Shown: positions 37,492 through 45,776, counted from the stretch's first letter. The stretch: 64,000 bases of DNA from Eubacteriales bacterium (GCA_045132775.1 JBGUSX010000141.1:543-64542); one strand, 5' to 3'. Notes: a model not told the origin generated them from the letters alone. Made by a program: numbers and translations.

Positions 37492-38142
37492 ATGAAAGCA
37501 AAGAAAACATACGCAGTCTTTGGACTTGGAAGATATGGCACGGCTGTGGCACGTGAGCTTGTGGAGAATGGCATGGAGGTCATTGCCGTGGATACTGATG
37601 AGAGGATCGTCAATGATGCGGCGGCATATCTGCCCGTGTGCAAGTGTGCCGACGTGACCGATGCGGAGGTCATATCACGTCTCGGAATCGGAAATATTGA
37701 CACCGTTATAGTTTGTATGGCGGGAAATCTGGAAGCGAGCGTGATGGCGATCACTCTGTGTAAGGAGGCAGGTGTCAAGACAGTTATAGCAAAGTGCTCA
37801 AACGAGATGCATCAAAAGATACTGCTCCGCGTAGGCGCGGATCAGGTGGTCTTTCCCGAAAACGAATCGGGCATTCGCCTTGCAAAGAATCTGTTGAGCT
37901 CAGGCTTTATTGATATGATCTCGCTGTCACGTGACGTGTCAATGGTTGAGATAGACGTAAAGGAAGAGTGGCGAGGCAAGAACCTGATCGAATTGAACCT
38001 CCGAAAAAAATACGGCTTCAATATCGTTGCTATCAAGAAGGGCGAGAATGTCAACGTTAACATAAATCCCGAGCAGATTCTTGATGCGGAAAGCTCGTTG
38101 ATCGTAATTGCGAATACTGCACAATTGGAAAAAATGAAATAA
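37492..38142 (+). CDS. TrkA/KtrA-family regulatory subunit (RCK_N + RCK_C)
   Basis: Rossmann motif AVFGLGRYG. 216 aa, immediately downstream of the membrane subunit gene. Confidence 0.85.
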   Translation: MKAKKTYAVFGLGRYGTAVARELVENGMEVIAVDTDERIVNDAAAYLPVCKCADVTDAEVISRLGIGNIDTVIVCMAGNLEASVMAITLCKEAGVKTVIAKCSNEMHQKILLRVGADQVVFPENESGIRLAKNLLSSGFIDMISLSRDVSMVEIDVKEEWRGKNLIELNLRKKYGFNIVAIKKGENVNVNINPEQILDAESSLIVIANTAQLEKMK

Positions 38143-38162
38143 CGTCATACTTTACACGTGAG

Positions 38163-38205
38163 AACCGACCGCCGGGGAGATGCCTCGGCGGTCGGTTTAC
38201 TTTAA
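38163..38205. terminator. Bidirectional terminator
   Basis: AACCGACCGCCG...CGGCGGTCGGTT followed by TTACTTTAAT. It lies between the trkA-like gene and the cotJC 3' fragment. Confidence 0.75.
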
Positions 38206-38211
38206 TCTTGT

Positions 38212-38403
38212 TTACTTATCAAAGCTGGGATTCATTGCATAAAAGTTCTTCGAATCCAACCTGTCCTGCGTGATGCGCAGGGCATCGCCAAACCTCTGAT
38301 AATGGACGATCTCGCGCTCGCGGAGGTATTTGAGCGGCTCGCGAACGTCGGGGTCGTCGATAAGGCGGATAAGGTTGTCGTAGGTCACGCGAGCCTTCTG
38401 CTC
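38212..38403 (-). pseudogene. cotJC: cotJC 3' fragment (last 63 codons plus stop) of a split gene
   Basis: It encodes EQKARVTYDNLIRLIDDPDVREPLKYLREREIVHYQRFGDALRITQDRL.... This is collinear with the C-terminus of CotJC (..AAEEKARATYQWL..LRFLREREIVH.. in B. subtilis, from memory). The upstream frame holds unrelated residues and a stop. Confidence 0.85.
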
Positions 38404-38449
38404 TGTTACTATCACGTATTCGCAATGTTTTGGACCTTTCAAGAACCGC

Positions 38450-38471
38450 GAAAAATCCTTATTTTACAAGG
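38450..38471 (+). repeat. Left copy of a perfect 22-nt sub-terminal direct repeat GAAAAATCCTTATTTTACAAGG (hairpin core)
   Basis: Identical to 57641..57662. It is embedded in the hairpin GCGAAAAATCCTT-attttac-AAGGGGTTTCTCGC. Confidence 0.9.
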
Positions 38472-38638
38472 GGTTTCTCGCTTTTAGGCTCCCTCCGGGA
38501 GGGAGCTGTCGCGTTAGCGACTGAGGGAGAGCGCGTGTGCTTGAAAATCAATTGAATTTCATTGTTCCGCAGGCTCCTTCCGTCAGCCTTCGGCTGCTAC
38601 CTCCCTCTCGGAGGGAGGCTTTGAAAAACGTGTCCTTT

Positions 38639-40198
38639 TCAAAAATTCCAATGTATCTCAATCGGCACATTCCTTGTTCCTTGTATTCGCTTTCCGACCA
38701 TGATTTTGTCGATCAAAATCTCCACCATTTCCCGTGTCAAACGCTCTACCTTGACGTACTTTTCGATCAATTCTCGGCGGTTGTCACCCACGGCAATTTT
38801 GATTTCAATCTCGGCAATTTGCTTTTGACATTCCAGTACCTGCGCTTCAAGGCGTTCTTTTTGTGAGGTAAAGTCCTTCGACAGTTCGATGAAGTCCGCC
38901 TCGCAAATCAGCCCTTTTACCTTGTCAAGATAGAGGTCGCGAACGCCTTTAGAAAACTGATTGATCTTGCCTTGATAGGTCGCAATTTCGGCTTCAATTT
39001 CTTGCTTTTGCGCCAAGATATCGGCGTTAAACTGTATCTTGCGTTCCAACTCGTCCATATCAAGATACTCGGCGTTGAGTCGTCTAAGCTCCGCAATGAC
39101 CATTCTTTCCAGCCTATCCACCGAGATAAACGCACCCTCGCAAGCACCCTTGGCGTAGTGTCGGCTGGGGCATTGCAAAAAGTGTCTGCCGCCCGATTTT
39201 GACGAGCGCATCACGTATCCGCAGGATGCGCACCGTACCTTTTTGGCAAATAGTCCGATCGTACCGACCTTAAACGGCTTTGCTCGCTCGGCGATCATCT
39301 TCTGCACTCTGTCCCACAATGCGCGGTCAATGATAGGTTCGTGTGTGCCTTCCACACGAAACCACTGCTCCTTTTGGCGTGGGCGATTTATACTCGTTTT
39401 ATAGGAAATGCTCTCGTACTTGCCTTGCACCAGATTGCCAATGTAGGTCTCGTTGACCAGCATATCCGAGATTGCAAAGTACTTCCACAGCGTGCTGTTC
39501 TTGCTTGGCGGCAGACTGAAACGAAGCCCCTGCATTCGCTTGTACTCGGTGGGATTTGGGATCCCTCGGTCGTTGAGCATTCGCGCGATTGCCGTCTTGC
39601 CGTAACCTTGTGAAAAGAGGGTGAATACCTCTCGCACCACGGCGGCGGCTTCCTCGTCGATGATCAGATGACCTTTTAGTTCCGGATCCTTCTTGTAGCC
39701 ATAGAGTGCAAACGAACCGATATGAAAGCCGTTTTTGCGGCGGCTGTCAAGTGCGGATTTGATGCTGTCCGACATATCCTCCAGATACCACTCGTTGACA
39801 AGACCGTTGATCTGACGGCTTTTTTTGTTGCCCTTGTTGGCGGTGTCGGCGTTATCCACGATGCTGACAAACCGAATGCCCCAGATGGGAAACAGACCGT
39901 GTATGTACCGCTCCACAAGCTCAAGCTCACGGGTGAAACGGGATTGCGTTTTGCAGAGGATAATGTCAAATTTCTTTGCCTGCGCGTCGGCAAGAAGCCG
40001 CTTAAATTCGGGACGATTTCTGTCCGAGCCCGCATAATCGTCATCACTGTAAATGCCGTAAAGCTCCCAGCCCATTCGATCGGCGTAGTCGCGTAGCATC
40101 GCCTTTTGGTTCTGAATGCTCCCCGAATCGTCGGTGGCGTTCTGCTTATTTTTGTCCTCCTCGGACAGTCTGCAATAGATTGCTACTTTTTCTCTCAT
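38639..40198 (-). CDS. Large serine recombinase (SpoIVCA/SprA-like)
   Basis: N-terminal resolvase domain with VAIYCRLSEED (nucleophile Ser), a recombinase domain, a Cys-rich zinc ribbon (CASCGYVM...LQCPSRHY..GACEG), and a C-terminal coiled coil. Confidence 0.9.
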   Translation of the reverse strand: MREKVAIYCRLSEEDKNKQNATDDSGSIQNQKAMLRDYADRMGWELYGIYSDDDYAGSDRNRPEFKRLLADAQAKKFDIILCKTQSRFTRELELVERYIHGLFPIWGIRFVSIVDNADTANKGNKKSRQINGLVNEWYLEDMSDSIKSALDSRRKNGFHIGSFALYGYKKDPELKGHLIIDEEAAAVVREVFTLFSQGYGKTAIARMLNDRGIPNPTEYKRMQGLRFSLPPSKNSTLWKYFAISDMLVNETYIGNLVQGKYESISYKTSINRPRQKEQWFRVEGTHEPIIDRALWDRVQKMIAERAKPFKVGTIGLFAKKVRCASCGYVMRSSKSGGRHFLQCPSRHYAKGACEGAFISVDRLERMVIAELRRLNAEYLDMDELERKIQFNADILAQKQEIEAEIATYQGKINQFSKGVRDLYLDKVKGLICEADFIELSKDFTSQKERLEAQVLECQKQIAEIEIKIAVGDNRRELIEKYVKVERLTREMVEILIDKIMVGKRIQGTRNVPIEIHWNF

Positions 40199-40271
40199 GT
40201 TCTTATCTCCTCCACGATAAGAACAAGCTGTTTTCCTCCGCCTCTATTATACCACAGACTGCCCTTGTTTG

Positions 40272-40406
40272 TCATTGACTCGGAGAAAAATTTACACTTT
40301 TTCTGCGTTCTAAAGTTGATATGAGCTCGATCCATATATGCGTGTAATCCTCCTTAGTCAGTTCTTTTTTCTTGAAAACACTTATAACGTGTGATTGCTT
40401 TTCCAT
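40272..40406 (-). CDS. Small 44-aa ORF upstream of the recombinase (candidate accessory/directionality factor)
   Basis: The internal ATG of ORF 40272..40496 follows a strong RBS (AAAGGAGACAATC-ATG). Sequence is MEKQSHVISVFKKKELTKEDYTHIWIELISTLERRKSVNFSPSQ. I recognise no homology. Confidence 0.35.
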   Translation of the reverse strand: MEKQSHVISVFKKKELTKEDYTHIWIELISTLERRKSVNFSPSQ

Positions 40407-40583
40407 GATTGTCTCCTTTCGGTTTACTAAATGAGTATGACGGAGAGCCTGTACACTATGCTCACCGTCGGTGTGTACGATTATAGTATAAACCATAAAA
40501 TCCCGTTTGTCATCGGCGAAACTCCGCCAAATTTTTGCCTATTTTGTGCCATTTCATTTTCACCGAAAAAAGCAAAAAAACTA

Positions 40584-40612
40584 TTGACAAACGGAACACG
40601 ATATGATAAAAT
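40584..40612 (+). promoter_or_regulatory. Sigma-A-type promoter (TTGACA-17-TAAAAT)
   Basis: TTGACA at 40584-40589, a 17-nt spacer, and TAAAAT at 40607-40612. It lies 55 nt upstream of the ATPase gene. Confidence 0.55.
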
Positions 40613-40667
40613 AAACTCGTAAGTTAGTAACTCGTGATATAATTATTAACGAAGAAAGGAGTTTTTT

Positions 40668-42062
40668 ATGTTTTACTGTCGTGAAAAAGAGCTTTTTGAA
40701 CTCAATAAACGGTATGATAACGGTAAATTTGAATGTGTCGTTGTTTACGGTCGCCGCCGTGTAGGCAAGACGGCTTTGCTCGGTGAGTTTTGCAAGGATA
40801 AACCGACTATATTTTTTTCAGCACTCAACGCAACCGCACAGGAGAATTTAGAGGCACTTTCAAAGGCGATCTATGAAAAGGATCATCCCGACGCTGCTAC
40901 TGCTCCGATTTACAACAGCTTCGATGATGCCTTTGCGGAAATCACCCGTATGGCACAGGACGAACGAATCGTATTCGTCATTGACGAGTATCCGTATCTT
41001 GCCAAAGCGGATAAATCTATTTCCTCGCGCCTTCAGCACATCATCGACCGAGTATGGCAGGACAGTCAGCTCTACCTGATCCTTTGCGGCTCGTCTATGA
41101 GCTTTATGGAGTATCAGGTGCTTGGTTATGAAAGCCCTCTGTACGGCAGAAGAACGGCTCAGTTTAAGATTCAAGCCTTGACCTACCGTGAGACTACCGT
41201 GTTCAATCAGAGTCTCACAAACGAAGAAAACGCCCTCGTGTACGGCATTACGGGCGGTGTTCCTCACTATATTAACAAGCTGAACGTTGAGAGCGACGTG
41301 GACGAGGCTCTGCTTGATAATCTTTTCAACAACGCAAGCTATCTTTTTGAAGAGCCCGAAAACCTCTTGAAGCAGGAGCTTCGAGAGCCTGCAATTTACA
41401 ATTCCATTATTTCAGCAATTGCGGGCGGTGCTTCCCATGCAAACGAGATCTCTACCAAGGTCGGTATTGAATCTGCCGTATGCGCGAAGTATTTGAAAAT
41501 TCTACTTGACCTCGGCATTCTCAAAAAGGAAACGCCGATTACCGAAAAGGCGGGCAAGAAAACCATCTACAATATCGGAGATAATTTCTTCCGATTCTGG
41601 TATCGTTTTGTGCCGCAGAATACCTCCGCCATCAGTGCGGGACGTATGCCGAAAATCTACGAGCAGTCGGTCAAGAAATATATCCCTGAATATATGGGAT
41701 TGGTATTTGAGCAGATGTGCCGCGACTATCTCCTGCGATATGACGAAAATCTTCCCATTATGTTATCTGAGGTAGGTCAGTGGTGGGGGACGGATCCCAA
41801 AGCACGGAAAGAAGTACAGATCGACATTGTCGGTACACCTGTCGAGGGCGATGAGTATATCATCGGTTCCTGCAAATACAAAAACGAGCAGATCGGCATT
41901 GACGAGTTGGAACTCTTGAAACACTATGCTTCCGTATTTGGCAAAGGATCAAAATACCACTACTATATTTTCTCCAAGAGCGGATATACAAAAGGTCTCG
42001 AAGAAAGAGCCAAGGAAGAAGGAGTTAAGCTTCTTACTCTTGACGACATCTACCGTAAATAA
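40668..42062 (+). CDS. AAA-type ATPase with C-terminal DUF234-like domain (archaeal-ATPase family)
   Basis: Walker A GRRRVGKT and Walker B VFVIDEYPYL. 464 aa, the typical length and architecture of ATPase_2 + DUF234 proteins (from memory). Confidence 0.75.
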   Translation: MFYCREKELFELNKRYDNGKFECVVVYGRRRVGKTALLGEFCKDKPTIFFSALNATAQENLEALSKAIYEKDHPDAATAPIYNSFDDAFAEITRMAQDERIVFVIDEYPYLAKADKSISSRLQHIIDRVWQDSQLYLILCGSSMSFMEYQVLGYESPLYGRRTAQFKIQALTYRETTVFNQSLTNEENALVYGITGGVPHYINKLNVESDVDEALLDNLFNNASYLFEEPENLLKQELREPAIYNSIISAIAGGASHANEISTKVGIESAVCAKYLKILLDLGILKKETPITEKAGKKTIYNIGDNFFRFWYRFVPQNTSAISAGRMPKIYEQSVKKYIPEYMGLVFEQMCRDYLLRYDENLPIMLSEVGQWWGTDPKARKEVQIDIVGTPVEGDEYIIGSCKYKNEQIGIDELELLKHYASVFGKGSKYHYYIFSKSGYTKGLEERAKEEGVKLLTLDDIYRK

Positions 42063-42068
42063 AACAGC

Positions 42069-42110
42069 GAGGTCACGCAACTGAAAAGACGGAAGCGTGA
42101 CCTCATTTTG
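42069..42110 (+). terminator. Intrinsic terminator
   Basis: GAGGTCACGC...GCGTGACCTC followed by ATTTT. Confidence 0.75.
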
Positions 42111-42188
42111 ATTTGTGTGTGAGTGTGATAGGTGTCGTAGGCGTAATGAGCAATTTAGAAATTTTGATACAGAAAACACGTATCTTAT

Positions 42189-42394
42189 GAGAATTGAGAA
42201 GACTGCCCGGGGCGGCTTGTGCAACGTGGAAAAAATGCGAAATTACGCGCGGTACGAACCTCTCTCATGCGTAATTTGAAATAGCTATACCGCTGAAAGT
42301 CCTTATTTTGCAAGAATTTTCGTGGGCAAATAAAAGAAAAAACATGGGTACTTTTCAAAGCCGATTTTTGCTCAAAAAATACCCATGTTTTTTG
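42189..42394 (+). ncRNA. Repeated structured non-coding module, copy 1 (candidate sRNA; unnamed family)
   Basis: Box GAGAATTGAGAAGACTGCCCGGGG (42189-42212). Hairpin AAATTACGC/GCGTAATTT (42240-42277) with a CCTCTCTC loop. 3' stem AAAAAACATGGGTA/TACCCATGTTTTTT (42337-42393). Confidence 0.45.
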
Positions 42395-42400
42395 ATTGTT

Positions 42401-43522
42401 TTAGTCGTATTGAACGGGGATGCAATGACGGTGCTTTTGCTTGATTCTGCAATTGATCGAATCAAAATCAAGGGGATGCCACCATGCGCTCTGCATCCAA
42501 TCCGAGATCCATTCGTGTTCGGGATGGTCGGGATCGTTCAGTATTTTCATCTTCTCATCAAACCCATACGCACCGCCGCTGTCCTCCATAGGCGCGTCAC
42601 CAATCGCCTCGGTACAGTGTGGATATGGCGTGGTACAGTTGGGAATAAATCGCTTCAGCTTGATCGTATGTATCCAACCGTCACCGAAATCGTATTCATA
42701 GTCTATCTTCTTTTGTGATTCGAAAATTTCACGAATAGTAACCGTTGTGCTGTCAATGCTTTCGAGTTTTTCGTCAAGCGCAAGCCAATCTTCGTTTTTC
42801 ATAAATCCGGGCTGTATGATTTTCATTGGTCTGCCCATACTGTCCTTTTTCAAAACAAACTGATGCAGATGACAATCGTGCCACTCAAATGCGTCTTGCA
42901 AAATCCTGTGAAGCTGATAGAAATTGAGATCACTCGGAACGACCAGCGTTCTCTTACAGGGAGTAAGGAGATCAAGCGTGACTTCGAGCTCTGCCACGTG
43001 AGCAGACTGCACGGGTGAGCCGTATCTTTCGGTAAGCGTGGCAATCAACTTTTCATAGATAAACGAATAATCTTCTTTTGCGATCATATCGTTGTTGATC
43101 CACGGCAGGTATTTCTCTTGAAACATACTGTCAGGCTCAAACAAATTCACAAAACGCTCCACGCGCTCACACGCTTTATTGCAATACGCAACGTCCGATC
43201 GAGATGCCGTTGTAGCATAGGTTAGATCACTACCGCAATCGTCAAGATATTTTTCTATAATCTCGAAAGCAACATACTCACTTTGCAATACCGCGCGAAT
43301 ACCGTCCTTCATCAGATCGGGCAATCTTGAAATACTCTTTGCCGTCAATCCGTGAAGCACAAAGCAGCACTTGGTTGCATTATTTACGGCAACCAATGTC
43401 TTGCGGCGATTCAGTATGATAAGATTCGCCGTCCAAGAAAACAGTGGATCGGTTTCGGTAGTTAATTTTTGTGGCTTCACCGCCAAAAAATCAAGCAGCT
43501 TTTTTGTACATCCTATAACCAT
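42401..43522 (-). CDS. pRiA4b ORF-3-like (MM3350-like) domain protein
   Basis: ORF trimmed to the ATG at 43522 behind AAGGAGAAAAAT. The C-terminal half has family-typical blocks LNFYQLHRILQDAFEWHDCHLHQF and YEYDFGDGWIHTIKL. Confidence 0.75.
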   Translation of the reverse strand: MVIGCTKKLLDFLAVKPQKLTTETDPLFSWTANLIILNRRKTLVAVNNATKCCFVLHGLTAKSISRLPDLMKDGIRAVLQSEYVAFEIIEKYLDDCGSDLTYATTASRSDVAYCNKACERVERFVNLFEPDSMFQEKYLPWINNDMIAKEDYSFIYEKLIATLTERYGSPVQSAHVAELEVTLDLLTPCKRTLVVPSDLNFYQLHRILQDAFEWHDCHLHQFVLKKDSMGRPMKIIQPGFMKNEDWLALDEKLESIDSTTVTIREIFESQKKIDYEYDFGDGWIHTIKLKRFIPNCTTPYPHCTEAIGDAPMEDSGGAYGFDEKMKILNDPDHPEHEWISDWMQSAWWHPLDFDSINCRIKQKHRHCIPVQYD

Positions 43523-43675
43523 ATTTTTCTCCTTCCTCGCACTCACTTCTATAATATCATTATACCACATTTTTGAAAAATTTCAACAGAAATAGCGGAA
43601 TGAGTATGAGGCATTTTCGTATAAGCAATTTTGCTTAATACTCATTTTGAAATCGCAAAAAGTTGTGTAAAAGGT

Positions 43676-43951
43676 GAAGACTGCCCGGGGGCTTGCATAA
43701 AGTGGAGAACGCACGAAATTGCGCCATATAGACTGCTCTCTTTGGCGTAAATTTTGAGAGATAACCGCCTGTGTGCCTTGAAAAAACAAGACTTTTCCGC
43801 GAGATTTTTTATGTAATTAGAACGTCCGATTTTTAGGCGGTTTTTACATAAAAAATTTATTCCTTTTTGAACGTGTAAGGGGAATTGTTGCGCAGTTGAG
43901 ACTTGGCGTATTTTTCGAAGCCGATTTTCAATCGAAAATACCCATGTTTTC
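43676..43951 (+). ncRNA. Repeated structured non-coding module, copy 2 (long variant)
   Basis: Box GAAGACTGCCCGGGG (43676-43690). Hairpin AAATTGCGCCA/TGGCGTAAATTT (43716-43754). Block TTTTTACATAAAAAATTT. 3' end AAAATACCCATGTTTTC (to 43951). Confidence 0.45.
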
Positions 43952-44060
43952 TGAATATTAGAGGGCGATAATCCGAACAAAGCAATCGGAAAATCGTATG
44001 GAGCGACGATCATCATAATAATTTCGCTTTATAACTCATTCCAAGAATGGTGCAAGTCGG

Positions 44061-44264
44061 GAGAATTGTGAAGACTGCCGGGGTGGAAAGAAAAACGGCA
44101 ATCATTGCGAAATTGCGTTATGATGAAGCATCTCTCTAACGCAATTTAATAAAGCGAAAGCTTGAAAAAGTCAGGTATTATAAGGAATTCTTCAATTTTT
44201 TAATCGCCTAAAAGAAGGGTACTTTTTGAGAGCGTTTTTTGCTCAAAAAATACCCATGTTTTTT
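44061..44264 (+). ncRNA. Repeated structured non-coding module, copy 3
   Basis: Box GAGAATTGTGAAGACTGCCGGGG (44061-44083). Perfect 11-bp hairpin AAATTGCGTTA/TAACGCAATTT (44110-44147). 3' end GCTCAAAAAATACCCATGTTTTTT (to 44264). Confidence 0.45.
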
Positions 44265-44274
44265 AATGCGGATA

Positions 44275-44303
44275 TTGACAAACAATATAACATTTGGTAT
44301 AAT
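44275..44303 (+). promoter_or_regulatory. Perfect consensus sigma-A promoter (TTGACA-17-TATAAT)
   Basis: TTGACA at 44275-44280, a 17-nt spacer, and TATAAT at 44298-44303. A second extended -10 (TGTTATAAT) lies at about 44319-44327. Confidence 0.7.
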
Positions 44304-44330
44304 AAAAATAATAAAACTTGTTATAATCAA

Positions 44331-44455
44331 CGCAAGCTTCATCTGCAAGCTCGCTTGCAAGTGAACCGAGGCAGATTGCTCCGCGAGCGTTGCGTGAAGC
44401 GCAACATGGGCGAAAGCCCGATATCGCAGAGATCGGCTCGCGTGGAGTATACAAA
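44331..44455 (+). promoter_or_regulatory. GC-rich structured 5' leader (multi-stem junction with GAAA tetraloop) upstream of the HTH-DUF3990 gene
   Basis: Closing helix CTCCGCGAGC (44379-88) / GCTCGCGTGGAG (44436-47). It encloses hairpins GTTGCG-tgaag-CGCAAC, GGGC-gaaa-GCCC and CCGAT..ATCGG. It ends 3 nt before the GGAGG RBS. Confidence 0.45.
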
Positions 44456-44468
44456 GCGGAGGCATAAA

Positions 44469-45332
44469 ATGCAAAAGCTAATCAAGAGTATAAGAGAATA
44501 TTTGGGGCTGAGCCAAGCCGACTTCGCCGAGAAGCTGGGAGTGACCTTTGCGACCATCAACCGTTGGGAAAACGGTCGTGCGATCCCCACCAAATTGGCG
44601 CAGGCAACCCTTTACGAATACTGCAAGGCGCAGGGCGTTCCCGTCTATCAGATGATCCTCGATAAGATCAGAAATGCAGCCGAGGAAATCGCACTTGAAG
44701 AAGGACGAAGCCTGCTCTACCACGGCTCAAAGTCGGGTATCGTTGGCGACATCGCTCCCAAGAGCCGCGAGATGTGCGACTTCGGTAAGGGCTTTTATAT
44801 GGGAACTGAGCCCGGACAACCGCTGACTCTGATCTGCGATTTTGAAAAATCCAAGTTCTACATCGTGTCGATCGACATGCGCGAGCTTGATGCCATTGAG
44901 ATCAAAGCCGACCTCGACTGGGCAATGCTCGTTGCCTACCACCGCGGCAGAATGGAACAGATCAGGGGCACAGCATTTTACGAGAAATACAGTCAGCTTG
45001 ATGCAGGCAAGGATCTCGTGATCGGAAGCATCGCAAACGACAGAATGTTCTACGTGCTGGATAACTTCTTTACCGGCGGCATCACCGATATGGCACTTGT
45101 CAATAGCCTTTCCGCGCTGAAGCTCGGAAAGCAGTACGTGGCGACCACCGAAAAGGCGTGTGCATCCGTTCGTGTGGAAAAGGAACTCCCTATCTCCATG
45201 ATGGAGCGCAGATTCCTTCAGGACGAGAGCGAAGCCAACCGACAGAAAGGAATCCACCTTGCAAACGACATTTGCAAGAACTACCGCCGCGAAGGAAAGT
45301 TCTACGACGAGATACTTGACGAGGCGAAATAA
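44469..45332 (+). CDS. XRE-family HTH fused to a DUF3990-like domain (putative ADP-ribosyltransferase-fold)
   Basis: ATG at 44469 behind GGAGG. HTH LGLSQADFAEKLGVTFATINRWENGR. Then LLYHGSKSG...DFGKGFYMG...GSIANDRMF blocks that I associate with DUF3990. ORF-track residues 1-81 are a spurious extension across the leader. Confidence 0.7.
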   Translation: MQKLIKSIREYLGLSQADFAEKLGVTFATINRWENGRAIPTKLAQATLYEYCKAQGVPVYQMILDKIRNAAEEIALEEGRSLLYHGSKSGIVGDIAPKSREMCDFGKGFYMGTEPGQPLTLICDFEKSKFYIVSIDMRELDAIEIKADLDWAMLVAYHRGRMEQIRGTAFYEKYSQLDAGKDLVIGSIANDRMFYVLDNFFTGGITDMALVNSLSALKLGKQYVATTEKACASVRVEKELPISMMERRFLQDESEANRQKGIHLANDICKNYRREGKFYDEILDEAK

Positions 45333-45344
45333 TAGGAGGACACA

Positions 45345-45761
45345 ATGAACGAACTCCAACTGAAAATGTGTGATATACAAGGCAGACTCTTCGAGCTGTC
45401 GGGTGCTGTCGGTTACGATAGCGTGACCTTCATCAAGGCGTTTATGACAGGTGAGGTCGCCAAAGGACTTGACTCCAAGTTCAACCGTATGCAATGGGCT
45501 GGCGAAGAATATCTCCTCGCGGAGATTGCCGATAACGCCGAGCTCACAAAGGGCGGCACCGTGTACGATAAAGAGGTGCTCTATTGGACAGGCTACCTCT
45601 ACCGCTTCTGGCACTTCGCCACAGGCGAGGATAGCAAGGACATCTACCGCCAAGCCCCTGCCGAAACCATGAGCCGCAATTGGCTCATCTTCCATACCCT
45701 CGCCCCCGAAGTGGCAATCGAGGATCTGAAAGAGATTTATAGGCAGAGAAATGGGAATTAA
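45345..45761 (+). CDS. Hypothetical 138-aa protein, operon partner of the DUF3990 gene
   Basis: It starts 12 nt after the upstream stop, behind AGGAGGA. I recognise no confident family. Confidence 0.6.
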   Translation: MNELQLKMCDIQGRLFELSGAVGYDSVTFIKAFMTGEVAKGLDSKFNRMQWAGEEYLLAEIADNAELTKGGTVYDKEVLYWTGYLYRFWHFATGEDSKDIYRQAPAETMSRNWLIFHTLAPEVAIEDLKEIYRQRNGN

Positions 45762-45776
45762 GATTAGGAGAATTTA

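Noticed and set aside
42337-44264. A conserved micro-ORF in the ..AAAATACCCATGTTTT.. block of modules 1-3
   Set aside because: The ATG-containing block falls in different reading frames relative to the flanking sequence in each copy. Stops follow within a few codons in some copies. The conservation is at nucleotide and structure level, not coding.
44226-44468. 81-codon N-terminal extension of the HTH-DUF3990 ORF
   Set aside because: It starts inside module copy 3's terminator, then runs through a consensus promoter and a GC-rich hairpin region. The translation (RLLRERCVKRNMGESPISQRSARVEY) looks non-protein-like. A GGAGG RBS precedes the ATG at 44469, where the HTH begins.
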